Shown: positions 47,334-56,146 of the stretch, one piece after another
Layout of the letters: the number at the start of each line of letters is the position of its first letter
How positions within the stretch are numbered: position 1 is the stretch's first letter
Source: a bacterium
GTDB lineage: Bacteria; CG2-30-53-67; CG2-30-70-394
DNA: 64,000 nt
Assembly: GCA_036393335.1 (NCBI GenBank)
Contig: DASWHD010000135.1
Span: 14,405-78,404, forward strand
Direction of reading: 5' to 3'
The notes under the pieces: model-generated
What the model was told of the DNA's origin: nothing
Seen by the model: the letters and a program-made list of their open reading frames with translations, nothing else
Database searches by the model: none
Program-made: the position numbers and the translations under genes

Positions 47334-50300
47334 ATGAGCCTCATCACCACCTCCGTGGAGCGCCAGGTCTCGGTCACCGTCGGGGTGGCGCTGGTGGTGC
47401 TATTCGGGGTGATCTCCCTGGTGCGTACCCCAGTGCAGCTCACCCCCGAGGTGTCGCGGCCGGAGATCACGGTGGAGACCGTGTGGATCGGTGCCAGCCC
47501 CGAGGAGGTGGAGACGGAGATCGTCCAGCGCCAGGAGGACCAGCTCAAGAGCGTCGAGGGCGTGGTGGAGATGAAGTCCGAGTCCCAGGACAGCCTGGGA
47601 CGGGTGGTCCTCACCTTCGAGCCCGGCACGGACATGGACGCCGCCCTGCTCAAGGCGAGCAACCGCCTCAATCAGGTGAAGGACATCCCGCTGGACGCCG
47701 ACCGCCCGGTCCTGTCTACGGTGAACACCGGCGACCAGGCGATCGCCTGGTTCATCCTCAAGCCTAAGCCGGGCAACACGCGGCCGATCTACACCTATCA
47801 GGAATTCACGGAGGACAACGTCAAGGCGCGCTTCGAGCGCGTGCCGGGGGTGGCCCGGAGCAACGTCCTCGGCGGGCGGGAGCGGGAGCTCCAGGTGGTG
47901 GTGGACCCGGCCAAGCTCGCCGCGTACGGCATCACCCTCGGCGAGCTGATCCACTCCCTCGACGCCGAGAACGTCAACATCTCCGCAGGCAGCTTCGACG
48001 AGGGCAAACGGCGCTACGTGGTGCGTACGGTGGCGGAGCTGGTGGCCCCGGAGGAGGTGGAGAAGATCGCCCTCAAGACCGCCTCCGGCGAGCGCATCTT
48101 CGTGCGCGACGTGGCTACCGCCCGCTTCGGCTACAAGACGCAGACCATCGCGGTGCGCCAGAACGGCGAGCCGGCGATGGCGGTCAACGCCCTGCGCGAG
48201 TCGGGGTCGAACGTCCTGGAGGTGATGGCCGGCCTGAAGGCCGCGTTGCAGGAGCTGAACGACGGCGTGGTCGGCGCCGAGGGGCTCTACCTCACCCAGG
48301 TCTACGACGAGACCGAGTACATCACCTCGGCCATCGACCTGGTGCAGCAGAACCTGTGGGTCGGCGGGACGCTCGCGGTGCTGGTGCTGCTGCTCTTCCT
48401 GCGCACCCTTTCGCCCACGGTGATCATTGCCACGACGATCCCCATCTCGGTGGTCGGGACCTTCATCGTCATGCGCCTGATGGGCCGCACCATCAACGTC
48501 GTCTCCCTTGCGGGCCTGGCGTTCGCCGTCGGCATGGTGGTGGACAACGCGATCGTCGTGCTGGAGAACATCTTTCGCCACCTGCAGATGGGCAAGGGGC
48601 GCAGGCAGGCGGCCATCGATGGCGCCCGGGAGGTGTGGGGGGCGGTGCTCTCCTCCACCCTGACCACCATCGCGGTCTTCCTGCCGATCCTGTTCATCGT
48701 CGAGGAAGCGGGCCAGCTCTTCCGCGACATCGCCATCGCGATCTGCGGGGCGGTGGGGCTGTCGCTGCTGGTCTCCGTGTCTGTGATCCCGTCGTTCGCC
48801 GCCCGGGTCCTGGGTGATGCGACGCTCGCGGCCGAGGCGCAGCACGGCCGGAACCTGCGCGGGCTGTTCGGCCTGGTGGCGCTGGCGGAGCGGTTCACCG
48901 ACTGGCTCGCCGAGCTTGCCTACCGCATCAGCCGCAGCCTCGTGCTCAAGCTGCTGGTGATCGCCGGCCTGACGGGTGCGTCGCTTGCCGCCGCCTGGTT
49001 TCTCGCACCCAAGCCCGAGTACCTGCCCACCGGCAACCGCAACCTGATCATCGGTCTCCTCCTGCCGCCGCCGGGCTACAACGTGGAGGAGTTCAATCGC
49101 ATCGGCGGGGAGCTGGAGGCACAGCTAGCCCCGCTGTGGGAGCGGGAGAGCACCGGGCCCGACGAACCGCCGGCGATCAAGAACTTCTTCTACGTGGCCC
49201 GCGGCCGGCAGATCTTCATGGGGGTGAGGGCCAGGGACTCGCGGCGCATCCGCGAGCTGATCCCGTACATGCAGCAGCGCCTGGCGCAGGTGCCGGGGAT
49301 GATCGCCGTCGTCACCCAGACCTCGCTCTTCGATCGCTCGCTCTCCGGCGGCCGCACCATCAGCGTAGAATTCTCGGGCGACGACATTACGCGCCTGGTG
49401 GCGGTGGGCGGACGCGCCTTCGGGGCGATTACCCAGGCGATCCCGGGCGCGCAGATCCGGCCGGTGCCGAGCCTCGACCTCGCCAATCCGGAGATCCGTG
49501 TCCTCCCGGATCGCGTGCGGCTCGCCGATCTCGGCCTCACGGCCCACGAGCTGGGGATCGCCGTCGACGCCCTGCTGGACGGCACCAAGGCGAGCACGGT
49601 GAACGTCGGTGGCAACGAGCTGGACCTGACGGTGATGGGCGGGGAGGAATTTGCCAGCCGCACCCAGGACTTCGCGGGCCTCCTGATCCGCGCGCCGGGG
49701 GGCCAGACCCTGCCCCTCGGCGCCCTGGCGCAGGTCCGTCTCATGGCGGGACCGGAACAGATCAACCACTCGGAGCGCCAGCGCACCATCAGCCTCGACG
49801 TGCGTCCCCCGGAGGAGACCCCTTTGGAGGCGGCGATGGAGACGATCCTGGAGAAGGTGATCGCTCCCATGGAGACGGAAGGGGTGGTGGGCAAGGACGT
49901 ACGGGTGCGGCTGGCCGGCACCGCCGACAAGCTGCGCACCACCTTCAACGTCCTGCAATGGAACTTTCTCCTCGCCCTGGCGATCACCTACCTGCTGATG
50001 GCCGCCCTGTTCGAGAGCTTCTTCTATCCCCTGGTGATCATGTTCTCCGTCCCCATGGCGATGGCGGGCGGCTTCCTCGGCCTATGGCTGGTGAACGTCT
50101 TCATCGCCTACCAGGCCCTGGATGTGCTTACCATGCTCGGCTTCATCATTCTGGTGGGGACGGTGGTCAACAACGCGATCCTGATCGTCCACCAGGCGCT
50201 CAACTTCATGCGCGACGCCGGCATGGAGAGCCACGCGGCCCTGCGCGAGTCGGTGCGTACCCGCGTGCGTCCGATCTCCATGTCGGTGGGTACGTCGGTC

Positions 50301-50495
50301 TTCGGTATGCTGCCGCTGGTGCTCTTCCCCGGCGCGGGGAGCGAACTCTACCGCGGACTGGGGTCCGTGGTCGTCGGCGGCCTCGCCCTCTCCGCCGCCT
50401 TCACCCTGCTGCTCGTCCCCGCCATGTTCAGCCTCGCCATCGACGTGCGCCACGCCCTCACCGGCCGCGCCGCCAAGGGCACCAAGCCGGAGTAG
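47334..50495 (+). CDS. RND efflux transporter permease (AcrB/HAE1 family)
   Basis: 1053 aa; 12 TM segments with two large periplasmic loops; conserved TM4 region (GLAFAVGMVVDNAIVVLENIFRH). Confidence 0.9.
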   Translation: MSLITTSVERQVSVTVGVALVVLFGVISLVRTPVQLTPEVSRPEITVETVWIGASPEEVETEIVQRQEDQLKSVEGVVEMKSESQDSLGRVVLTFEPGTDMDAALLKASNRLNQVKDIPLDADRPVLSTVNTGDQAIAWFILKPKPGNTRPIYTYQEFTEDNVKARFERVPGVARSNVLGGRERELQVVVDPAKLAAYGITLGELIHSLDAENVNISAGSFDEGKRRYVVRTVAELVAPEEVEKIALKTASGERIFVRDVATARFGYKTQTIAVRQNGEPAMAVNALRESGSNVLEVMAGLKAALQELNDGVVGAEGLYLTQVYDETEYITSAIDLVQQNLWVGGTLAVLVLLLFLRTLSPTVIIATTIPISVVGTFIVMRLMGRTINVVSLAGLAFAVGMVVDNAIVVLENIFRHLQMGKGRRQAAIDGAREVWGAVLSSTLTTIAVFLPILFIVEEAGQLFRDIAIAICGAVGLSLLVSVSVIPSFAARVLGDATLAAEAQHGRNLRGLFGLVALAERFTDWLAELAYRISRSLVLKLLVIAGLTGASLAAAWFLAPKPEYLPTGNRNLIIGLLLPPPGYNVEEFNRIGGELEAQLAPLWERESTGPDEPPAIKNFFYVARGRQIFMGVRARDSRRIRELIPYMQQRLAQVPGMIAVVTQTSLFDRSLSGGRTISVEFSGDDITRLVAVGGRAFGAITQAIPGAQIRPVPSLDLANPEIRVLPDRVRLADLGLTAHELGIAVDALLDGTKASTVNVGGNELDLTVMGGEEFASRTQDFAGLLIRAPGGQTLPLGALAQVRLMAGPEQINHSERQRTISLDVRPPEETPLEAAMETILEKVIAPMETEGVVGKDVRVRLAGTADKLRTTFNVLQWNFLLALAITYLLMAALFESFFYPLVIMFSVPMAMAGGFLGLWLVNVFIAYQALDVLTMLGFIILVGTVVNNAILIVHQALNFMRDAGMESHAALRESVRTRVRPISMSVGTSVFGMLPLVLFPGAGSELYRGLGSVVVGGLALSAAFTLLLVPAMFSLAIDVRHALTGRAAKGTKPE

Positions 50496-50575
50496 CCCAT
50501 CCCACAGGAAACCGCTGTGCCGCCCCCTCTGCGCCTGCGCGCGAGAACCTTCAAGACTCCGTAGAAGGAAGCAGG

Positions 50576-50647
50576 GTGGTTGCTGTAGGCGGATCCTATC
50601 TGCGTTCATTCGCGTCCATACGCGGCTCAACCCGATTCGCACGGTGG
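50576..50647. repeat. ~65-70 nt conserved motif U (direct repeat partner at 52231-52299)
   Basis: GTTGCTG...GCGTCCATACGCGGCTCAACCC...ACGGTGG versus GTTGCTG...GCGTCCACGCGCGGATCAACCC...ACGGTGG. Confidence 0.45.
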
Positions 50648-50856
50648 TTGACGCTTCCCCCTTTCGCCTGCGTGTTTTGGCGCCATTGAGTCAAGCAGTT
50701 GCCGGCTCACCCGTGCTGGTCCTCCCGGCGTGCGGCCGGTTCCGGTACGATGGGTCCCCGGGTGTGGCGATGATGCGTTCGATCCTACTGGCTGGGGCGG
50801 GTGCTGTGATCGTGGTGGGCATCGTTCGTGCGACGGAATGACGAGGAGCGGGGACC

Positions 50857-52128
50857 ATGAGCCTGATTCCGTATACCCTGGTGACCGTCTTCCTGCGCGA
50901 GGGGCGGGACAACCCCCGCGACCTGGTGGAGAAGGTCCGCCGCCTCGGTCTCTGCGCCCGCTGCCTGGTCACCCCGGCGAGTGAGGGGTGCTTCGAGAAC
51001 GGGGAGGTGGCGACCACCAAGATCCTCGTCCTCTCCACCGCGCTCCCCAAAAAGGTGGAGATCATCGTGCCGGAGGCCGACACCCAGGCGGTCCTCGACC
51101 TCCTCGACCGCGAGGTGGTCGACGGCATCGTCACGGTGGCGCCGGCGCCGGTGGTCGTGCACCGCACCGCCAAGCGGCTGATTCCCAACCACCTGCAGGT
51201 GCGCCACGTGATGAACCCGTCGGTCACCGTGGCGACGCCGGAGCTGGGTCTGGATGAGGCCGCCCGCCGTCTCGTGGCCGGCGGCCTCGTTGCCCTGCCG
51301 GTGGTCGACGAGGGGCGGCGGGTGGTGGGGGTGCTCAGCCAGCGCGATCTCTTCCAGCAGGGCTACCTGTCATTGCGTGCCGGGCTGTTCGCGATCCTCA
51401 ACGAGGAGGATGCCCGGGAGGTCCTTGCGCCCCTCTCCGGCAAGTGGGCACGGGACGTCATGACCACGCCGGCGGACACGGTACGTGACGATACCTACCT
51501 TCCGGATGCGGTGCGGTTGCTGGAAGAGACGGGGCACAAGCGCCTGCCCGCGGTGGATGAGGAGGGGCGCCTCACCGGCCTCTTCGCCCGCCTCGACATC
51601 CTCAAGGCGATCACCCACCACACCCCCGGGTGGTACGCCAAGGGTGCGGAGCACGTCGACCTGATGCGGGCGCGGACCGTCGCCGACGCCATGCGCCCAC
51701 GCCCGGAGGCGGTGCGCACCGATGGTTCCTTGAGCGACCTCCTGGAACTCTTCCTCGCGACCGGCCGCTGCTGTGTCCCGGTCCTGGACAACGGGGACCA
51801 CTTCCTGGGCCTGGTCTTCGACCGCACCCTGGTGGGCCATCTTGCCGGCCACGGCCGCGGCCTCTGGGAGCTCGTCACCGGCAAGGTCTCCCTCCATGGC
51901 CTCGCCACCCGCCACCGCAGCCTGGCGGAGGCACTTCAGCAGACCAGCGCCGAGGCGCTCCTGGACCGGCAGGTGACGACCATCCGCCCCGAGGCCCCCA
52001 TCGAGGAGGCGGTGCGCCTCATCGCAGCGACCGGCTACCGCTATCTGCCGGTGGTCGATGGCGATGGCCGGCTGGTGGGGTTGGTGGGCCGCACCGACCT
52101 CCTCACCGCCGAGGTGGCTGGCGGGTGA
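50857..52128 (+). CDS. DUF190 (PII-like) plus tandem CBS-domain protein
   Basis: N-terminal MSLIPYTLVTVFLREG...KILVLSTALPKKVEIIVPEA (PII-like/DUF190 pattern), then four CBS motifs (e.g. GLVALPVVDEGRRVVGVLSQRDL; YRYLPVVDGDGRLVGLVGRTDL). Confidence 0.7.
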   Translation: MSLIPYTLVTVFLREGRDNPRDLVEKVRRLGLCARCLVTPASEGCFENGEVATTKILVLSTALPKKVEIIVPEADTQAVLDLLDREVVDGIVTVAPAPVVVHRTAKRLIPNHLQVRHVMNPSVTVATPELGLDEAARRLVAGGLVALPVVDEGRRVVGVLSQRDLFQQGYLSLRAGLFAILNEEDAREVLAPLSGKWARDVMTTPADTVRDDTYLPDAVRLLEETGHKRLPAVDEEGRLTGLFARLDILKAITHHTPGWYAKGAEHVDLMRARTVADAMRPRPEAVRTDGSLSDLLELFLATGRCCVPVLDNGDHFLGLVFDRTLVGHLAGHGRGLWELVTGKVSLHGLATRHRSLAEALQQTSAEALLDRQVTTIRPEAPIEEAVRLIAATGYRYLPVVDGDGRLVGLVGRTDLLTAEVAGG

Positions 52129-52230
52129 CGGCGGGCCAGGGGAGGCCGGCAGGTCCGTGCATCGGTACGCCATCGGCACGATCCCCGGCGCGAAGTGCTG
52201 GTGGAACACACCGCGGAAGGCCGCGGTATG

Positions 52231-52299
52231 GTCGTTGCTGGCGGAGTCGACTCGCGTGCCTTTGCGTCCACGCGCGGATCAACCCCTCTCCTACGGTGG
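52231..52299. repeat. ~65-70 nt conserved motif D (partner of 50576-50647)
   Basis: See motif U; located between the convergent CBS and PAP2 genes. Confidence 0.45.
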
Positions 52300-52337
52300 C
52301 GGCTGGAAGCGCCGCATTGCCCGCTGCCTCTCCGCGG

Positions 52338-53138
52338 TCAGTGCGGCCGGCGGAAAAGGAGGGGGCGGGAGCGTTGGTAGGCGGTGAGGCAGGAGGCGAC
52401 GCCGATCATCAGGAGGGGCCAGCGCCAGCTATCCGGGACCATCTTGGTCTTGAACGCCTGCCAGGTGAGGAGCAGGCCGATCAAGAACAGGAGGAGGGCG
52501 TGGAGGATGTGGCCGCGGGGTTGGCTGCGGTGCAGGCGCAGGCGTGACCACAAGCGATCGAGCACCGGCCGGGCGGCGTCTACGGCGAGGCCGATAGCAC
52601 TGCCCAGCAGGCAGCCGGCTACCATGTCGATGGGAAAGTGGACGCCATTGTAGACGCGGCTGAAGGCCACGAGGCCGGCCAGGGCTAACAACGGTACTGC
52701 GACGGCGGGAAATCTCTTCGCGAGCACCCACGCCACCGCCACCGCCGTGGTGGTGTGTCCCGAGGGGAAGGAAAAGTTCCTCAGGTAGGGGCCGAGAACC
52801 CGTAGCCCCTCGACCAGGGCGGGTGGCCGTGGGTGTGCGAAGAGGTGCTTGAACAGGGCGACCGTGACGGCGGTGAGGGCCAGGGTGACCAGGGCGTCGC
52901 CGACGAATGGGCGCCGCACGACAAGCGCCGCCCAGAGGAGCAGGGTGAGGATCAGGGCGGCGTCGCCCAGGAGGGTGAGGTGGAGGAAGATGGCATCGAG
53001 CCACGTCACTCGCAGGTGGCGCTGGACGAAGAGCAAGACCGCCCGGTCGATGGCCAGGACCGGCGCGGTGGTGGCCATGGATCCGAGGGCAACCAGAGCC
53101 GCCACTAGCAAGGTGATGACGAGGACTCGCCCCTTCAT
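52338..53138 (-). CDS. PAP2-family phosphatase (BcrC/PgpB-like, candidate undecaprenyl-diphosphate phosphatase)
   Basis: The three PAP2 motifs are present: KHLFAHPRP, PSGHT, SRVYNGVHFPIDMVAG; 6 TM helices. Start at the internal MKGRVLV. Confidence 0.8.
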   Translation of the reverse strand: MKGRVLVITLLVAALVALGSMATTAPVLAIDRAVLLFVQRHLRVTWLDAIFLHLTLLGDAALILTLLLWAALVVRRPFVGDALVTLALTAVTVALFKHLFAHPRPPALVEGLRVLGPYLRNFSFPSGHTTTAVAVAWVLAKRFPAVAVPLLALAGLVAFSRVYNGVHFPIDMVAGCLLGSAIGLAVDAARPVLDRLWSRLRLHRSQPRGHILHALLLFLIGLLLTWQAFKTKMVPDSWRWPLLMIGVASCLTAYQRSRPLLFRRPH

Positions 53139-53283
53139 GTGGTCTCCACGGGCGAGGGCAGTAAGCGCGGGAAAGCCGGTCTCAACCGACCAGCAGGCGT
53201 GGTGGGCGAACGGTGTCCCTCGGGCTGTAGCCTGTATTATGAAGGGGGGCTTCAGCGACAGGCGCGGTGCGGGTGCCGCGCGC

Positions 53284-54606
53284 CTACTTGCCCCCCTCCA
53301 TGCCGCACGGTCGGCCAATGCTGCGATACTTGAAGCCGATCTCGGTGACCCGTTTGGGGTGGTATACGTTGCGCAGGTCGATGAAGGTTGGGGTGCGCAT
53401 GCTGCTCTTGAGCCGCTCCAGGTCGAGATTGCGGAACACATTCCACTCGGTCGCCAGCACCAGACAGTCGCTGCCCTCGGCTGCATCGTACGCGTCGTTG
53501 CAATAGACGATGTTCGACAGCTCGGCCTTGGACGTTTCCATCGCCGCCGGATCGTAGGCGCGCACTGTCACCCCGGCCTGTTGCAGGCCGCGGACGATCA
53601 CCAGGGTAGGGGATTCGCGCATGTCGTCGGTGTTGGGCTTGAAGGCGAGGCCGAGCAACGCGACGGTCTTGCCCTGGGGCTCTCCCAGCTCCTCCAGCAC
53701 CAAGTCGAGGGCGCGTTGTTTCTGCCGCTCGTTGACCTCGACCACGCTCTCCACGATCTGAAAACGATAGTCGTGGTCGCGAGCGATGCGGGTCAGGGCG
53801 AGGGTGTCCTTGGGGAAGCACGAGCCGCCATAGCCGGGGCCCGGATGGAGAAACTTCGCGCCGATGCGGCCGTCCAGTCCCATGCCTTTGGCCACGTCCT
53901 GGACATTGGCTCCCACCCGATCGCAGAGGTTGGCGCACTCGTTGATGAAGCTGATCTTGGTGGCGAGGAAGGCGTTCGCCGCGTATTTGATGAACTCGGC
54001 AGTCTCCAGATTGGTGATTACCATCGGCGTCTCGATGAGATAGAGCGGACGATAGAGGTCCTTGAGGATCGCCACCGCGTGCTCGTCGTCGGCGCCGAGG
54101 ATGACCCGGTTGGGACGCATGAAATCTTCGATGGCGCTGCCCTCACGGAGGAACTCCGGGTTGGAGGCGACGTCGAAGCGGTGACGACCCTGGAGGACCT
54201 CCTCCATGATCTTCTGCACGCGCCGCGCCGTGCCCACGGGCACGGTCGACTTGTTGACGATCACCTTGTAACCGTCCATCACCTCGGCGACTTGGCGGGC
54301 GACCGCCTCGACGTATTGCAGGTCGGCGGAACCGTCCTCACCGGGTGGGGTGCCGACGGCAACGAAGATCACCAGCGAGCTGTGGACGCCTTCCGCGAGG
54401 TCGGTGGTGAAGTGGAGCCGGCCTTCCGCCACGTTCTTGGCCACCAGGCGGTCGAGGCCCGGCTCGTAGATCGGGATCTCGCCGCGCTTCAGGGCCGCGA
54501 TCTTGGCCACGTTGTTGTCCACGCAGGTGACATGGACGCCGAACTCGGCAAAACAGGTTCCGGTTACCAGACCGACGTAACCGCTTCCGATCACACAGAT
54601 ATTCAT
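53284..54606 (-). CDS. ugd: UDP-glucose 6-dehydrogenase
   Basis: MNICVIGSGYVGLVTG... (NAD Rossmann), catalytic GGSCFPKD; 440 aa. Confidence 0.9.
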   Translation of the reverse strand: MNICVIGSGYVGLVTGTCFAEFGVHVTCVDNNVAKIAALKRGEIPIYEPGLDRLVAKNVAEGRLHFTTDLAEGVHSSLVIFVAVGTPPGEDGSADLQYVEAVARQVAEVMDGYKVIVNKSTVPVGTARRVQKIMEEVLQGRHRFDVASNPEFLREGSAIEDFMRPNRVILGADDEHAVAILKDLYRPLYLIETPMVITNLETAEFIKYAANAFLATKISFINECANLCDRVGANVQDVAKGMGLDGRIGAKFLHPGPGYGGSCFPKDTLALTRIARDHDYRFQIVESVVEVNERQKQRALDLVLEELGEPQGKTVALLGLAFKPNTDDMRESPTLVIVRGLQQAGVTVRAYDPAAMETSKAELSNIVYCNDAYDAAEGSDCLVLATEWNVFRNLDLERLKSSMRTPTFIDLRNVYHPKRVTEIGFKYRSIGRPCGMEGGK

Positions 54607-54800
54607 GTCTATATCCCGCGAAGTGGAGGTGGAACGGCACGAGCCGTCAGGGCCGCGTAGATGGATTCTCGGGGCACGACGGTCCGCGCGGCAAGCGCCG
54701 TGGAGCGATCCCCGTTAGGAGCACGGGAGGCGCGAAAAGGTTTCGCCGCGGTGACCGCGTGGCGCGCCTCTGGCTGCCGGCCACGCAGCCAGGGGACGGA

Positions 54801-55958
54801 TCACACCCGGGCGGCGAGGCGTCCCCGGGCCGCGCGGCGCGCCCATTCATCCACGGCCAGGACCTCCGGCAGGGAGGTCGGATCGCCGCCGTCGTGGTCC
54901 GCCATCACCTCCTCGATCACCTCGGCAATGGCGGCAAAGGGGATGCGGCCGGCGAGGAAGGCGGCCACCGCCTCCTCGTTGGCCGCGTTGAGGACGCAGG
55001 GCAGGCCGCCACCCTCTTGGAGGGCCTGGTAGCCGAGGCGCAAACAGGGGAAGCGCTCCAAGTCGGGTGGGTGAAAATCGAGCCGGCCGATCGCGAGCAG
55101 ATCGAGCGGTCGCATGGCGTCCGCTAGCCGCTCGGGATACGCCAGGGCGTAGGCGATCGGACCTCGCATATCGGGCATGCCGAGCTGGGCGATGAGCTGG
55201 CCGTCACAGAACTCGACCAGGGAATGGACGATCGACTGGGGATGGATTACCACCTCGATCGCCTCGGCCCCATGCGCGAAGAGAAAGTGGGCCTCGATGA
55301 CCTCCAGCCCCTTGTTCATCAAGGTGGCGGAGTCGATGGTAATCTTCGCTCCCATCGACCAGTTGGGATGGTCGAGGGCCTGCTCGCGGGTGACCCGGCG
55401 GAGATCCTCTTCGGGACGGGCGAAGAACGGCCCGCCCGAGGCCGTCAAGATGATGCGGCGCACGTCGTCATGTCGCTGGCCTGCCAGACATTGAAAGATG
55501 GCGGAGTGCTCGGAATCGATCGGTAGAAGGCGACCGCCACCGGCGTGGAGCTCGCCGACGAACAGGTTACCCGCCATCACCAGCGTCTCCTTGTTGGCCA
55601 GGCCGATGGTCTTGCCGGCGCGCGCCGCGGCCAGTGTCGGCACGAGGCCGGCGGCCCCGACGATCGCCGCCACCACCATTTCCACCTCGTCGTGGGTGGC
55701 GACCGCGCATAGACCCTCCTCTCCTGCCAGGAGCTCGGTGGAGGTCCGTCCCACCAGGGCGCGCAGCTCGGGCAGCAACGCGGGGTCGGAGACCGCCGCC
55801 ACCGCGGGCTGGAACTCCCGGATCTGCTCCGCGAGCAGGTCGATGCGCCGGTGGGCGGTGAGGCCACGGACGGTGAATCGCTCCCGGTTGCGCCGGATCA
55901 GGTCACAGGTCGAGCGGCCGATGGAGCCCGTGGCTCCTAGGATCGACAGGGTCTTCAT
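54801..55958 (-). CDS. dxr: 1-deoxy-D-xylulose 5-phosphate reductoisomerase Dxr
   Basis: LSILGATGSIGRST...LANKE...NAANEEAV are the canonical Dxr motifs. Confidence 0.9.
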   Translation of the reverse strand: MKTLSILGATGSIGRSTCDLIRRNRERFTVRGLTAHRRIDLLAEQIREFQPAVAAVSDPALLPELRALVGRTSTELLAGEEGLCAVATHDEVEMVVAAIVGAAGLVPTLAAARAGKTIGLANKETLVMAGNLFVGELHAGGGRLLPIDSEHSAIFQCLAGQRHDDVRRIILTASGGPFFARPEEDLRRVTREQALDHPNWSMGAKITIDSATLMNKGLEVIEAHFLFAHGAEAIEVVIHPQSIVHSLVEFCDGQLIAQLGMPDMRGPIAYALAYPERLADAMRPLDLLAIGRLDFHPPDLERFPCLRLGYQALQEGGGLPCVLNAANEEAVAAFLAGRIPFAAIAEVIEEVMADHDGGDPTSLPEVLAVDEWARRAARGRLAARV

Positions 55959-56146
55959 GTTGCGCGTGCATCATACCATCGCTTGCGGGAGCCGTTGAGC
56001 AGCCCTTGCGTGACGTCGGCGGGGCCAGCTCCGGACGGACTATAAGTAATCAACCCCCGGCCCATGACCGTCGATAAGAGAAAACACCGGCCGGACAAAT
56101 TCGGCGGTGCGTTTATTCTCGACGACTTTCTCCCAAGGAGCACGCC

